DNA of 64,000 nt from a virus (IMGVR_UViG_3300029517_000186); one strand, 5' to 3'; numbered from the stretch's first letter, positions 38,545 through 49,831 are shown. Numbers and translations: made by a program. Notes: generated by a model not told the origin, from the sequence alone.

Positions 38545-39639
38545 TTACTCATCAATTACATTTTTTATATTTTTTTCGGTAAAGGATGTAATATTTTCTT
38601 CTCCCTTAAGTCTTTTTCTGATTAAAGTTTCTAATTTATCTTTATATTCCGAGTGCTCTTCTATATATAATTTAGCATTTGCTCTGCCCTGCCATCTTAA
38701 ACTAGAATCTTCTGCATCTGTAAACCAAGCTCCAGTTTTATTGATAAATCCATGTTCAACAGCTAAATCAATTATTTCACCATTCTTGTCTATACCTTTA
38801 CCAAATGAAATTTCAAATGTTGCCTCCTTAAATGGAGGGGCTATTTTATTTTTAACTACCTTTGCTTTTGTTCTGTTAGCAACAATGGCTCCGCCTTCCT
38901 TAATTGACTCAATTCTTCGTACATCAATTCTTACAGAAGAGTAAAACTTTAATGCTCGTCCCCCAGTTGTTGTTTCTGGGTTGCCAAACATAATTCCAAC
39001 CTTTTCTCTTAACTGATTAATAAAAATAACTGAACAATTACTTTTACTTACAACGGGAGTCAATTTCCTTAAAGCCTGCGACATAAGTCTTGCTTGTAAT
39101 CCAACATGTGAATCCCCCATTTCTCCATCAATTTCTGCCTTAGGTACAAGAGCTGCTACAGAATCTATTACAACCAAATCTAAAGCTCCGGATCTTACCA
39201 TTGTTTCTGCTATTTCTAAAGCCTGTTCTCCGCTGTCTGGCTGTGAAATATATAAATTATTTATATCCACACCTAAATTAGAAGCATAAACAGGGTCTAA
39301 TGCATGTTCAGCATCAATAAACCCGGCAATTCCACCATTTTTTTGTGTTTCTGCAATCATATGCAAGGTTAAGGTTGTTTTACCACTTGATTCCGGGCCA
39401 AATACTTCTACAATTCTTCCTTTTGGAATTCCTCCGCCTAAAGCCTGATCCAGTGCTAAGGAACCTGATGAAAATGTTTCAACATTTAATTTCTTTGTAT
39501 CACCTAATTTAAAAACAGAACCTTTACCATAAGTCTTTTCAATTTCTAACATTGCAGCATCAAGTGCTTTTAATTTGTCATTTGAAATTGATTCGTTACC
39601 CTGTGTTTCGGCATTAATATTCTTTGGTGGTCTTCCCAT
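38545..39639 (-). CDS. recA: RecA recombinase
   Basis: Walker [10 protein letters not shown]; [18 protein letters not shown]; L2 region [30 protein letters not shown]; AGGAGG RBS. Confidence 0.95.
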   Translation of the reverse strand: MGRPPKNINAETQGNESISNDKLKALDAAMLEIEKTYGKGSVFKLGDTKKLNVETFSSGSLALDQALGGGIPKGRIVEVFGPESSGKTTLTLHMIAETQKNGGIAGFIDAEHALDPVYASNLGVDINNLYISQPDSGEQALEIAETMVRSGALDLVVIDSVAALVPKAEIDGEMGDSHVGLQARLMSQALRKLTPVVSKSNCSVIFINQLREKVGIMFGNPETTTGGRALKFYSSVRIDVRRIESIKEGGAIVANRTKAKVVKNKIAPPFKEATFEISFGKGIDKNGEIIDLAVEHGFINKTGAWFTDAEDSSLRWQGRANAKLYIEEHSEYKDKLETLIRKRLKGEENITSFTEKNIKNVIDE

Positions 39640-39678
39640 ATTTAATTCCTCCTAAAAAATGATTTATACATTGATATA

Positions 39679-39691
39679 TATGACAGTTTTT
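39679..39691 (-). promoter_or_regulatory. class II promoter for recA
   Basis: TATGACAGTTTT plus TTTTTTACATAAA 17 nt away. Confidence 0.55.
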
Positions 39692-39729
39692 GTTGAACAA
39701 TTTTTTACATAAATTAATTTAATTTATAT

Positions 39730-40221
39730 TTAAGAGACATTTTGTTTAAGCAACTCTTCTCTCTTTTTATCTAAATAGACTACACCAACAGCATATGAAG
39801 CCCAGATATCTTTTTTAAAGCCATAAAACCATCCCGGATTCTTTTTAGTTCCTACAATTCCAAATCTATCTATTAATGCTTGCCTTATATTCGCATCCTT
39901 TGCTCTCGAATCATGGCAAATAAATTGTTTTTCTTCTATTCTGTATATTTGCGTCCATTTAATATTTCTGCTTTCAGTTACTTGAATGAATCTGCCAATC
40001 CATACACATGTATCAAATACAGTTTTTCCTACTGCCATACCATATGAAGCTATCATTTCTATTGCTAAAATATCAAAATCAATTTTATTCATTAATTTTA
40101 ATAATTCATTATTATCTAATAATCCTTTGTCCAATATATGATAATTACTATCTAATAATGAATAAGCCGATTTAACATCTCCTGGATCTATTGCTAATAT
40201 AATCTGTCTATTATTTTCCAT
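39730..40221 (-). CDS. RuvC-like Holliday junction resolvase (tentative)
   Basis: N-terminal ILAIDPGDVKSAY resembles the RuvC/YqgF catalytic start; GGAGGA RBS. Confidence 0.55.
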   Translation of the reverse strand: MENNRQIILAIDPGDVKSAYSLLDSNYHILDKGLLDNNELLKLMNKIDFDILAIEMIASYGMAVGKTVFDTCVWIGRFIQVTESRNIKWTQIYRIEEKQFICHDSRAKDANIRQALIDRFGIVGTKKNPGWFYGFKKDIWASYAVGVVYLDKKREELLKQNVS

Positions 40222-40257
40222 ATTTTTCCTCCAATATATATAACTTTATATTAAAAA

Positions 40258-40270
40258 TATGACAGCTTAA
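40258..40270 (-). promoter_or_regulatory. conserved promoter motif (TATGACAGCTTAA)
   Basis: Upstream of the RuvC-like gene. Confidence 0.45.
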
Positions 40271-40351
40271 AAAGAAAAATAAGACAATCTCAAATTAATG
40301 AAATTGCCTTATTTATTAAAATATTTAGTTGCTGTGTTGTGTATTCAGATA

Positions 40352-42103
40352 TTAATAATCAATATCTTCGAAAATAATCTGTGGAGTTGTTACGCCATTC
40401 CATGTATTTTCACTTAATCTTCCATATAAAGTTAAAACAGTTGGTTCTCCAAGCTTTTCAAATTTTTCAACTAACCCGCCAAAATTAATTGCGTTAGCCT
40501 GATTATTAAAGAGTTTTAAAACCTTTTTTTCAGCACCCAAAAGCTGATAATATACACCTTTTCTTAGTTCTGTCATATAAGAAATTTTATATCTTGGCTC
40601 TTCAAATCCTTTTCCAAAAATGTAATTATGAAAGGCTTCCTGCTCTTCCTTTACCTGCTCTACTGTAATATCGTAATCATAATACTTGTAATTGAACTCT
40701 TTTGGCTTTTCTCCTGCAGCTTCATGTATAGCTTCAATAAACTTATCCATATTTTCAGCTTTAACTTCTGAAATACCTGCTGCATACGGATGTCCTCCAT
40801 AATTACCCATATACTGCTTAACCTGATCTAATAATAACTTCATATTAACATTTGCCCCTTCAATTTCTGGTGCTCTTGCAGAACCTTTATAGGCGGTACC
40901 ATTATTTATTGGAGCAAATACAATAACAGAAGTATTGTATTCTTCCTGTAACTTACCGGCAATTAAGCCAATAACTCCCGGATGTATTTCTCCTTCCTTA
41001 CCACATATAACAATAGGATAGTCATTTTCCATATGAGCTTCCTCTATACGCTGTTTTAAAACAGGTAAAAGGTCATTAGTATATGCCTTTCTTTTTTCGT
41101 TTGCTTCTACTAGAACCTTTGCTTTTGCAATTGCTGTAACAAAGTCATTGTCATTCTGAAGGAAAAGGTCTACTACCTGATTAGAACCAAAAGTTTCCAG
41201 TCTTGAAATAGCGTTAATGGTAGGACTTATTAAATAAGCTAAATCATCAGTTGTTACAACAGTTTCAAGATCAGGTTTAAGACCTACAAGTAAGCAGAAC
41301 ATTCCGGTTGTACGTCCAGAATTCTGTGTTAATGTGAATAGCCCGTTCTTGAGTATTAAATAATTATCATATCCATATACTCCATTAATATTTTCAATTA
41401 AATTAACACTATCACCAACAGTTGCAATAGCAGCAAGACCGTTTATCTTATCTATTGTTTCATCTTTAATATACCATTCTGGCAAATTTAATTGCTTAAT
41501 ATGCTGAGCAAATTTATATACAAGCCCTGCACCACAATAATCTGAGAATTTTGCACCACAATCAACTGCATGAGGATCAATAATTACATCTGCAGGTGGC
41601 AATATTTTTTTATTGGTTTCGTCAATAACTGGAAGGTGATGATCTAAAATAAGAACACTCCAACCTAATTCTTTTGCCTTTGTTATTGCATCAAGAGCTG
41701 CGATACCATTATCTACAGTTATTAATAATCCTGTATCATAATTTTTTATAACTGGTAAACCATGAATTGATATTTCGTTACATAAATATTCTACAATATT
41801 TGCAGAAGCTCCATATCCATCTAATTCTCTATCTGGTATATACCATTTTACATCTGAGAATTTAAGGTCTAATAACATAAGATTTAATTCAGATGTTGAA
41901 CATATTCCATCGGTATCATAATCTCCTATTATTCTAACTGGCTTATATTTAAATAAACTAAGTAAATTAAACGCCTTGTCAAAATCGGAAATTTTATAAT
42001 ATTCAGATGTTTCTCTACCATTATTAAAATCAGCAAAATATTTATTTGCTTTTTCAATAAAATTTACCTCATCAGTATTTTTCTTCTTCCATGTTATACA
42101 CAT
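40352..42103 (-). CDS. RecJ-like DHH/DHHA1 single-strand DNA exonuclease
   Basis: DHH motif SVLILDHHLP; DHHA1 GGHPYAAGIS; AAAGGAGAA RBS and ATG at 42103. Confidence 0.8.
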   Translation of the reverse strand: MCITWKKKNTDEVNFIEKANKYFADFNNGRETSEYYKISDFDKAFNLLSLFKYKPVRIIGDYDTDGICSTSELNLMLLDLKFSDVKWYIPDRELDGYGASANIVEYLCNEISIHGLPVIKNYDTGLLITVDNGIAALDAITKAKELGWSVLILDHHLPVIDETNKKILPPADVIIDPHAVDCGAKFSDYCGAGLVYKFAQHIKQLNLPEWYIKDETIDKINGLAAIATVGDSVNLIENINGVYGYDNYLILKNGLFTLTQNSGRTTGMFCLLVGLKPDLETVVTTDDLAYLISPTINAISRLETFGSNQVVDLFLQNDNDFVTAIAKAKVLVEANEKRKAYTNDLLPVLKQRIEEAHMENDYPIVICGKEGEIHPGVIGLIAGKLQEEYNTSVIVFAPINNGTAYKGSARAPEIEGANVNMKLLLDQVKQYMGNYGGHPYAAGISEVKAENMDKFIEAIHEAAGEKPKEFNYKYYDYDITVEQVKEEQEAFHNYIFGKGFEEPRYKISYMTELRKGVYYQLLGAEKKVLKLFNNQANAINFGGLVEKFEKLGEPTVLTLYGRLSENTWNGVTTPQIIFEDIDY

Positions 42104-42140
42104 ATAATTTATTCTCCTTTTCAATATTATTTAACAAATT

Positions 42141-42153
42141 AATGACAGAAAAA
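42141..42153 (-). promoter_or_regulatory. conserved promoter motif (AATGACAGAAAAA)
   Basis: Followed by the terminator at 42160..42205. Confidence 0.5.
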
Positions 42154-42208
42154 TAAAATAAAAAGCATACATTATATTGTTTTATGCAATACAATGTATG
42201 CTTCTGAA

Positions 42209-42595
42209 TCATAAATAGAAAAACAACCCTGAATAATAATACTTAGGAAGTTTATCTATCTCTTTACAAATTTGAATAATTCTTTCATCCACTAAGAAAG
42301 AATATTGTTTTACTCTTCTTACATCAGATTTAAAATAATGTACATCATTTATAAATCCTATAAGAATAGTAAAGAATATAACATAAGACAAAATACTTAT
42401 TATACTTAATATAATATGTATTAAACCTGTAGTTAATAAATTCAAATTTGTAAAAACAGAAATTAACAAAGTTACACATAACTTTGTCTGCTGCATAGCT
42501 GTATATTTTTCAATATCACGCCAATAAGTTGTATAACCTGCAGCAACAGAGTTATATTTCTTTAAGAAAAAATGATTTAATATATTTTTATTCAT
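42209..42595 (-). CDS. hypothetical membrane protein
   Basis: 128 aa; two TM helices; AAGGAGAAG RBS. Confidence 0.55.
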   Translation of the reverse strand: MNKNILNHFFLKKYNSVAAGYTTYWRDIEKYTAMQQTKLCVTLLISVFTNLNLLTTGLIHIILSIISILSYVIFFTILIGFINDVHYFKSDVRRVKQYSFLVDERIIQICKEIDKLPKYYYSGLFFYL

Positions 42596-42632
42596 TATTT
42601 CTTCTCCTTTATTAATTATATTCTGATAGATA

Positions 42633-42645
42633 TATGACAGAAAAA
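42633..42645 (-). promoter_or_regulatory. conserved promoter motif
   Basis: TATGACAGAAAAA. Confidence 0.55.
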
Positions 42646-43002
42646 TTAATAGGAGTATGTATATAATTTTTATTCCCTTATTACAATAAATAATAAAGTA
42701 ATTTTTAGACTTAATTTAATTAATATGAAAATATTAAATTTATTAATAATAGAGTATGGAGTTTTACTATAATTTTTGTAAAATTACATCTTAGAAAATA
42801 AATAATTATCAAAATATAAATTAGCTTATTAATAGATTGATTTGTATATCAAAAATATTTAAAAAATATAATTCTGGGTGCTGTTAATATTTTTAAAATT
42901 CATAAAAATAATATATGAAATGATTCATTTGATTTTAGGGTAACTTTAATAAGAATACCGTGTATACGCCATTTCAAATCCTAAAATATTGATATTATTT
43001 TT

Positions 43003-44769
43003 TTATAAATCAAATACTAGCCTGTAATTTGCATTAAGAGCAATACTTACGTCATTATGACTTAAGCTATGTTTATTCATAAATCCGCAGGCATTAAGTT
43101 TAAAGATGATATCGTCAACATCATCTTTCCATAGTCCCCATTTTTTATCCTGATAATATATTTTTTCAAATAAATTAAAAAAGCTTGAATTTAAAATAAA
43201 TTCCTTTATTTTCTTTTTAAGTATTCTATATTTGTTTGCATATTTTTTTATTGTATCTAACTTTTCTTTATATTTTTTTACAAGCTTTTGTTTGTCTACT
43301 ATGGGATTCCTCCGTGTAGCGCTAACAATTTTTCTTTTATTAACCTCTTTGATATTGTTTTTTATCTGTTCAAGTCTGTCAGCATCTTCAGTAAGTTTTC
43401 GTGAAATTACATTTGAAGATACATGCAATTCTTTCATTATTTCCTTATATGTTTTACCCATTGCATATAATTCTACAATTTTATTATATTTGAATTCTCT
43501 TCGCTTTTTATTTCTTTCTACCTGTTCTTTTTTCTTTAACTTTTCTTCCATTCTATAGCCTTCAAGATTTTTAAGACCATATTCTCTTCTTGCTGTAAGT
43601 GGATCCAATCCTAGCCCTTTTATGAAGGTCGTTGTTTTAAATTTACACCAATTCACATTATTAACATTATTAAAATCTTTGAATGTAAATAATTCTAATT
43701 CATCAATTGATAATGGCTCTGAAGTTTTATTTGTTAGCTTCAGCATTTCCTTTTTTGCAGTTTCATCATCATACGCAGCTCTCAAAGTATTGTATGCGTA
43801 ATAGGCAAAATCTAATTTATCAACATATTTAGGAACAGCATCCTTAGCAAAATTATTAAGGAATTCTATTCTGTTTATTAAATTATCCTGTAAATATGAA
43901 GGAAGGTTTAATTTATTGCTGCTTTTGCTGTCTGAATCTTCATAGTTTACAATATCATGCAATCTGTCATTATTCTTTATAAAATATAAAGGGTGTAATG
44001 TGTTATATAAATCATGTACAGTTGTTTTATTTTTATTAATAAATAATAATGTTGGAGTCTCAAAATTTATTGCATCATAAGTTCCAGGTACACGAATTAA
44101 AGAGTCACATTTTACTGACTCTTTATCTACTTCAGGGAAACCTAATGAAATTCCATTCATGTCTATTTGTTTATTTATAACCTGTGACAATACCTTTCCT
44201 ACCAGATTATATTTCCACAAGAGATCCTTTGATAATTCTTCAATGCCATATATTAATTCAACTTCATTATATATAGCGTTAATAATATTAGGCTTTGGGG
44301 CATCTCCTAAAATACAATCATAGTTATTGAGGAAATATTGAATATTGTCTTTATAATCTTCTTCTGGCCATATTATTCTTACACATATAGCTTTTAGACA
44401 GAATATATTTTTTTCACATCTAGCCATTCGCTTTTGTATTCTACTATGTGGTGTCTTACCAGTACTATACCCTGAAGTAGAAAAACCTATTTCAATTTTG
44501 TCGTAGAATTCTTTATCTGAAACAACAGATGTCTTTAATGGGTTAATGCACATATATCTATTATATTCTTCGTTCAAATAATCCTTATTGAGATTAGAAA
44601 GCACATCTTCTGCATTAGACCTAAAAACTGCTGTCTTAGATGAATCATTAACATTTAATGCAACAAATTGATAATGGCATTGATACTGCTTATTCTCTTG
44701 TTCTGTTATAAATTTAATAGCTCTCTTCTCATTTTTATCTGCACAATTTAAAAATTTTTGTTTTGTCAT
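43003..44769 (-). CDS. hypothetical protein with an HTH motif near the C-terminus
   Basis: GAGGT RBS and ATG at 44769 (MTKQKFLN...); HTH GKTYKEIMKELHVSSNVISRKL; the track extension past the promoter is rejected. Confidence 0.55.
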   Translation of the reverse strand: MTKQKFLNCADKNEKRAIKFITEQENKQYQCHYQFVALNVNDSSKTAVFRSNAEDVLSNLNKDYLNEEYNRYMCINPLKTSVVSDKEFYDKIEIGFSTSGYSTGKTPHSRIQKRMARCEKNIFCLKAICVRIIWPEEDYKDNIQYFLNNYDCILGDAPKPNIINAIYNEVELIYGIEELSKDLLWKYNLVGKVLSQVINKQIDMNGISLGFPEVDKESVKCDSLIRVPGTYDAINFETPTLLFINKNKTTVHDLYNTLHPLYFIKNNDRLHDIVNYEDSDSKSSNKLNLPSYLQDNLINRIEFLNNFAKDAVPKYVDKLDFAYYAYNTLRAAYDDETAKKEMLKLTNKTSEPLSIDELELFTFKDFNNVNNVNWCKFKTTTFIKGLGLDPLTARREYGLKNLEGYRMEEKLKKKEQVERNKKRREFKYNKIVELYAMGKTYKEIMKELHVSSNVISRKLTEDADRLEQIKNNIKEVNKRKIVSATRRNPIVDKQKLVKKYKEKLDTIKKYANKYRILKKKIKEFILNSSFFNLFEKIYYQDKKWGLWKDDVDDIIFKLNACGFMNKHSLSHNDVSIALNANYRLVFDL

Positions 44770-44804
44770 AAATAACCTCGCTATGAAAATCTTATATATA
44801 TCTT

Positions 44805-44817
44805 TATGACAGACAAA
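44805..44817 (-). promoter_or_regulatory. class II-like promoter (TGTGTAA-N17-CTGTCAT)
   Basis: TATGACAGACAAAAAAA plus TTCTTACACAAAAAAAA. Confidence 0.45.
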
Positions 44818-44880
44818 AAAATTTTTTTTCTTACACAAAAAAAATAGTGCCATTTCTGACACTATTAAAACTTGGATATA

Positions 44881-46806
44881 TTAGTAATTATACGAAAATG
44901 ACATATGATTATTTAAATGTTTTAAATATGGGGTAAGATATACTTTACGTTCATGATATATTTCTGGGACACATAAGTACATTTGTTTTTTTGCTCTTGT
45001 AATAGCAACATAGAATACTCTTAGATTTTCCTGTCTTTCTTCTTCAGCCATGCTCATAGCATTAAATCCTGGGTAAACTCCTGTAACACAATCAAGTACA
45101 AATACATATTCCCATTCCAAACCTTTTGCTGAATGTACTGTTGAAATAACCAAGCCCTCTTCTTCATCTTTGTTATCCATCCCTAAAGTTAAATTATCAA
45201 GAAAAGCGTTTAAAGATTTGTGATTATTAAACACTGTACATAATTCATACAACTGTTTTAAAATATTTTTATCATCATCTAATTTATCCTGTTCATTTAT
45301 TTTTTGCTCTTCATTTAATTTAGCATTTTCCAATAATTCTTTTCTTTGTTCAATATAATATTCATTTATTTTTAGTACAAGATCAGGGATACTTAACTGG
45401 TTCCTATAATACTTGATTCTAAAATTCAAAATTGTATTATGCAATTTTTCCATGTCTTGATGAAATTTTTTTGTTGGATATTCATGCAGCAAGAAATCTT
45501 TTTCTGTTACATGTTCTACAATATTCCTTGCATATGTATCACCAATTCCATATATTAATTGCAATATTCTAAACCACGCTAATGTGTCAATTGGATTAGC
45601 AATAACTCTTAAATAGGCTAAGATATCCTGGACAGCTTCTCTTTCAAAAAATTTAGGGCCGCCAACTTTTTTGTATGGAATATTATTATTCATTAACAAT
45701 GTTTCCAATATAGCTGAATCTCTGGAATACTTCTCTAGCACTGCTATATCCTTATATGGGACATTTTTATTATGCAGTTTAATTATTCTATTTAAAATGC
45801 AGGTTGCCTCTTCTGCCTGATTTTGAAGGCTTATGACTTCAGGCATAGTTCCTTGTTTATTATTACTTGTCATATTCTTAGGATATCCAAAATTAGCATA
45901 CCGGTTCATAACTGAATTTGCTAAATTAAGTATTTCTGTAGTGGAACGATAATTCTTTTCAAGTTTTATTACTTTGCAATTTTTATGCTTTTTAGGGAAA
46001 TTAATAAAGTTAGACACATTACTTCCTCTGAAAGCATAAATACTTTGATAATCATCTCCTACAACTGCTAGATTCTCATATTTCTGAGCCATTTTAAATA
46101 TAATTCTTTCCTGCAGATTATTGGTATCTTGATACTCATCTACCATAATATATTTATAACTGCTTGAAATTTGATTTCTGACAGCTTTATTATCTAATAA
46201 TTCGTTAAAGTATATTAACAAATCATCATAATCTACCAGATTATTTTCCTTTTTATAATTTTTGTATTTTTCAAACAGCTCAGTATATATATATGATAAA
46301 AATGCCAAGTTACTATCTTTAAGCCCAATAACTGTTTCTAATGGTAAATCTTGATTAATTGACATGCTAAATATTTTGGCGATTTCAGATACAGAGAAGC
46401 CGCTTTTTATTTTATATTTTTCTGGATTTTCAGCTATAAGAAGTTTAATTGTATTTACAACATCGCTCTCAGAAAGTATAGTAAAGTTTTTTCTTAGACC
46501 AACTAAAACCCCATATATCCTTAACATTTTGGCACAAAAAGAATGATATGTACATGCAGTAATCTTATTGCATCTTTCATCTAATATTTGCGCAGCTCTT
46601 TCACTCATTTCATTAGCTGCCTTATTAGTGAATGTTAAAAGCAGAATACTCTGAGGTGGAATTCCATTTTCTATCATATATGCAACTCTATGTATTAATG
46701 TTGCTGTTTTACCTGTACCTGCTCCTGCAATAATAAGTAATGGCCCATCAATTGTTGTAGCAGCTTCATATTGCTGCTCATTTAAAACAGCTTTATAATC
46801 AATCAT
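44881..46806 (-). CDS. UvrD/PcrA/Rep-family DNA helicase
   Basis: Walker A AGAGTGKT; VDEYQDTN; VAITRAKK. Confidence 0.9.
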   Translation of the reverse strand: MIDYKAVLNEQQYEAATTIDGPLLIIAGAGTGKTATLIHRVAYMIENGIPPQSILLLTFTNKAANEMSERAAQILDERCNKITACTYHSFCAKMLRIYGVLVGLRKNFTILSESDVVNTIKLLIAENPEKYKIKSGFSVSEIAKIFSMSINQDLPLETVIGLKDSNLAFLSYIYTELFEKYKNYKKENNLVDYDDLLIYFNELLDNKAVRNQISSSYKYIMVDEYQDTNNLQERIIFKMAQKYENLAVVGDDYQSIYAFRGSNVSNFINFPKKHKNCKVIKLEKNYRSTTEILNLANSVMNRYANFGYPKNMTSNNKQGTMPEVISLQNQAEEATCILNRIIKLHNKNVPYKDIAVLEKYSRDSAILETLLMNNNIPYKKVGGPKFFEREAVQDILAYLRVIANPIDTLAWFRILQLIYGIGDTYARNIVEHVTEKDFLLHEYPTKKFHQDMEKLHNTILNFRIKYYRNQLSIPDLVLKINEYYIEQRKELLENAKLNEEQKINEQDKLDDDKNILKQLYELCTVFNNHKSLNAFLDNLTLGMDNKDEEEGLVISTVHSAKGLEWEYVFVLDCVTGVYPGFNAMSMAEEERQENLRVFYVAITRAKKQMYLCVPEIYHERKVYLTPYLKHLNNHMSFSYNY

Positions 46807-46840
46807 AAATTATTACAATCCTTTCCATTATTAAATTTAT

Positions 46841-46895
46841 GAACTACTCGCAACTGACTATTGTCGGATGGAGTTTTCTTACTATTCTTCGATAA
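46841..46895 (-). repeat. copy 5 of the structured repeat element, in the 5'UTR of the UvrD gene
   Basis: GAACTACTCGCAACTGACTATTGTCGGATGGAGTTTTCTTACTATTCTTCGATAA. Confidence 0.7.
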
Positions 46896-46911
46896 AATCT
46901 TTTATTTAAAA

Positions 46912-46924
46912 TATGACAGATTTA
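46912..46924 (-). promoter_or_regulatory. class II promoter for uvrD
   Basis: TATGACAGATTTA plus TTCTTACATAAAAAA; terminator at 46947..46975. Confidence 0.55.
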
Positions 46925-46956
46925 TAGTGAATTTTTCTTACATAAAAAAGAGAAGC

Positions 46957-47700
46957 TTATTGCTCCTCTTTTTCAACTCTTATTTCAATAATCTCACCTT
47001 TGAAATAATCATCAACAGATTCAATGTTCCCTGTATGGATTACTCTATTATCCAATAATGGAGTATCTACAATGAATTCTATTACAGATCCATTTGGATT
47101 CTGCCTATGCGTCAGTTTATCTGTATGTTCATCAGATTTAGCTTCAGCAAAAATACAGGGGATAATAGTTCCGTTTTCTAAAACCACATCAATTTTTTTA
47201 CCTATAGTCTTTGTATAAAATGAACCTACTGCTATACAATATCTATCATTTACCATTCTAAGACCGGTATTAACATCTGTATAAGCTTCATTATCTTGCA
47301 TATCAAATTGCTTAGATGTTTTATCTGTAATTGTTCTATAATCCATAAAGGATTTGAAATGGCAATTATCAGGAGTATCATATAATTCATATTCAGATAA
47401 ATAAATATTAGGAATATCGTTTTTATCCGAATCGGATTCTAAATCTGAATTATCTTCATTAACTTCAACTTCTTCAATTGTTTGACAATTAACATCATCA
47501 TCTAATGAATTATCTGATATTTTCTTTTGAATTGTTGTAAAAAAAGCTGATTGATTAGGCTTTATTGTATGGTTTGTAAAATTAGAACATTTTTTGTTTT
47601 CAGCCGCATACACATATGGCTTAAAATTACATAAGCAAATACACAGTGAAAATAAAAATAAACTTAAAGTAACATTGAATTGTTTTAAAAATTTTTTCAT
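46957..47700 (-). CDS. secreted hypothetical protein
   Basis: N-terminal signal peptide MKKFLKQFNVTLSLFLFSLCICLC...A; GGAGA RBS. Confidence 0.6.
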   Translation of the reverse strand: MKKFLKQFNVTLSLFLFSLCICLCNFKPYVYAAENKKCSNFTNHTIKPNQSAFFTTIQKKISDNSLDDDVNCQTIEEVEVNEDNSDLESDSDKNDIPNIYLSEYELYDTPDNCHFKSFMDYRTITDKTSKQFDMQDNEAYTDVNTGLRMVNDRYCIAVGSFYTKTIGKKIDVVLENGTIIPCIFAEAKSDEHTDKLTHRQNPNGSVIEFIVDTPLLDNRVIHTGNIESVDDYFKGEIIEIRVEKEEQ

Positions 47701-47734
47701 AATGTTTCTCCATTAATATATTGTTCATTATATA

Positions 47735-47747
47735 TATGACAGAGAAA
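47735..47747 (-). promoter_or_regulatory. conserved promoter motif
   Basis: TATGACAGAGAAAAAAA; terminator at 47745..47782. Confidence 0.55.
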
Positions 47748-47805
47748 AAAAGTCTTTATGCGATTAAACATAAAGACTTTTACAATAGTTTGATAAAGTA
47801 AAGTA

Positions 47806-48426
47806 TTATCTGGATATATCTTCTTCCATATTTTTTATATTTAATTGTTTATTTTGTGTTTTTTGAATAGATTTAATAATTTTAATTCTATCATCTGGGG
47901 ACAGGCTTTGTGATAATTCAGCAAGCTTTTTAAAAGAACAATACTCCTGACCGTTAATTATCATAATATCTCCTTTTTCAATATATCCTTCATCCTCTTT
48001 TAATAAATCGAATACATTATTGTTTATATTTTGTTTTATTTCAGATTTATTATTATTTAAATTATCATCTTTATTAACAGCTTCAGAATCAATTTTATTA
48101 TTCCATTGTGAACTTATATTGATTTCATCATCATTAATTGTATAGATCACAGTACCTTCATTATCTTCAAATATTACTTTTTCCCAAAATAATCCACAAT
48201 CAAAATCATTTACTATAATATTCAGTTCTTCATCTAAAAATCTTGTGTCGCTATCATATTCATCTGCTGCATCTCCTAAAATTTCAGCTTCTGAACATTC
48301 AAAGTATTCTTCATCTTGAGTTTCAGAATCACTAATATTTATTAAAACAGATTGATTATTTTTAAGTTTTATTTCCATATATTCAGGAATATTCATATAG
48401 TTATTTGCATAACATTTTATTTTCAT
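47806..48426 (-). CDS. hypothetical protein
   Basis: 206 aa; AGGAGG RBS; coupled to the upstream ORF. Confidence 0.55.
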   Translation of the reverse strand: MKIKCYANNYMNIPEYMEIKLKNNQSVLINISDSETQDEEYFECSEAEILGDAADEYDSDTRFLDEELNIIVNDFDCGLFWEKVIFEDNEGTVIYTINDDEINISSQWNNKIDSEAVNKDDNLNNNKSEIKQNINNNVFDLLKEDEGYIEKGDIMIINGQEYCSFKKLAELSQSLSPDDRIKIIKSIQKTQNKQLNIKNMEEDISR

Positions 48427-48448
48427 ACGGCCTCCTAAAAAATTGGTT

Positions 48449-49768
48449 TTAATGAGTAATAATATTAGATAATGCAGTCATAATTTCGTCATTATTTTCT
48501 ATTATTTGGTTTTTATCAAAGCCAATTATGTACTGAACATAAAAATTATAAAGGACATCATAACTGATTTTGTAATCTAAAATTGACTTATCATTAATAA
48601 CAGGGGCAAAATTATATTCTATGCATAATTGCAATGACTTTAAATTTGCATATTTACCTTTAATAGCCTTTGAAATATCATTAATCCATAAAACATTATG
48701 TCCTGCTTCAAATTGATTCATACGCAAAGCTGTATATTCAATTTGGAATAATGACTTCTGTTCTTCAGCGGTAAATAATCTTTCAGGCTCAGCATACAAT
48801 TTTTTAATATTTATAATATTATTTGACATAAATTCAAGAATATTACAAATAATTCCACTACCAGTTATTGCTGTTACATTATCAATTGACGATGCTAAAA
48901 TAGCGTGTTCCTTTAATTTTCCCTCTGGAATATCAATTAAAAGATTATTTGCTACAAAATTCATTTCTTTTGTTAATGTTTTCTTTATCTGTTTAATAAT
49001 TTTTGCTTCAAAATATGTCGCTTTTATCATACTAAGTTCCTTAATATGATATTTTTCATATAATTCCACACCTAATATTTTTTGTAAATTATGTTTTGCT
49101 TCTATATCAGGGACAATAATGTTTTTGTTTTCATCAGTCTTTATATATAAAGAATATCTGAACACAGAAAAAGGGATACTTTTTATTGAACTGTAATTTT
49201 TATACATATTTATTCTTTCATTTAAAAAATTTGTTATATTATTTAATTCATCTTCTGTAAGATTTGATTTTTTCTCATTAACACTATAATGAGCTAAGAA
49301 ATCTCTTATTGTATTTCCTCCATAAATTTCAGTGCCGTTATGATTTTTTATGACATTACCTGCATTAATAATTTTGTCAGGAGTCATAAAATAATTTAAA
49401 TCTAATCCTTTTAATTTAAATACCAAACCCTTATAAATCATTCCATAAGCTAAATCGGCTAATTCGATAATAGAGCGTGTAGGTAAATTTTCAATATTTA
49501 ATTTAACAACATCATCATATTTAAATAAATTAATGAGTGCATTCTTTTTTGCATTATATCCATTTTGTAAATTATAAATATGTAATGGTGATAATTCTAA
49601 TATATGCCTGCCACACATATATCCATACATTGTTTTATAAAAAATATCACATTTGTTATAATCATATTTAAATGCTTTTAAAATTTCTTTAGGATATTTC
49701 CTATTTGCTCTTTTTTTTACATTATTGTTTTTATTACTATTTTCTTTAAATTCAACTTTTGTTATCAT
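48449..49768 (-). CDS. hypothetical protein
   Basis: 439 aa; GGAGGA RBS; promoter at 49832. Confidence 0.6.
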   Translation of the reverse strand: MITKVEFKENSNKNNNVKKRANRKYPKEILKAFKYDYNKCDIFYKTMYGYMCGRHILELSPLHIYNLQNGYNAKKNALINLFKYDDVVKLNIENLPTRSIIELADLAYGMIYKGLVFKLKGLDLNYFMTPDKIINAGNVIKNHNGTEIYGGNTIRDFLAHYSVNEKKSNLTEDELNNITNFLNERINMYKNYSSIKSIPFSVFRYSLYIKTDENKNIIVPDIEAKHNLQKILGVELYEKYHIKELSMIKATYFEAKIIKQIKKTLTKEMNFVANNLLIDIPEGKLKEHAILASSIDNVTAITGSGIICNILEFMSNNIINIKKLYAEPERLFTAEEQKSLFQIEYTALRMNQFEAGHNVLWINDISKAIKGKYANLKSLQLCIEYNFAPVINDKSILDYKISYDVLYNFYVQYIIGFDKNQIIENNDEIMTALSNIITH

Positions 49769-49831
49769 ATAAATCCTCCAAAATATATTAATCTTATATT
49801 GTTTGATAGAAAATTAATTCTATATAATATA

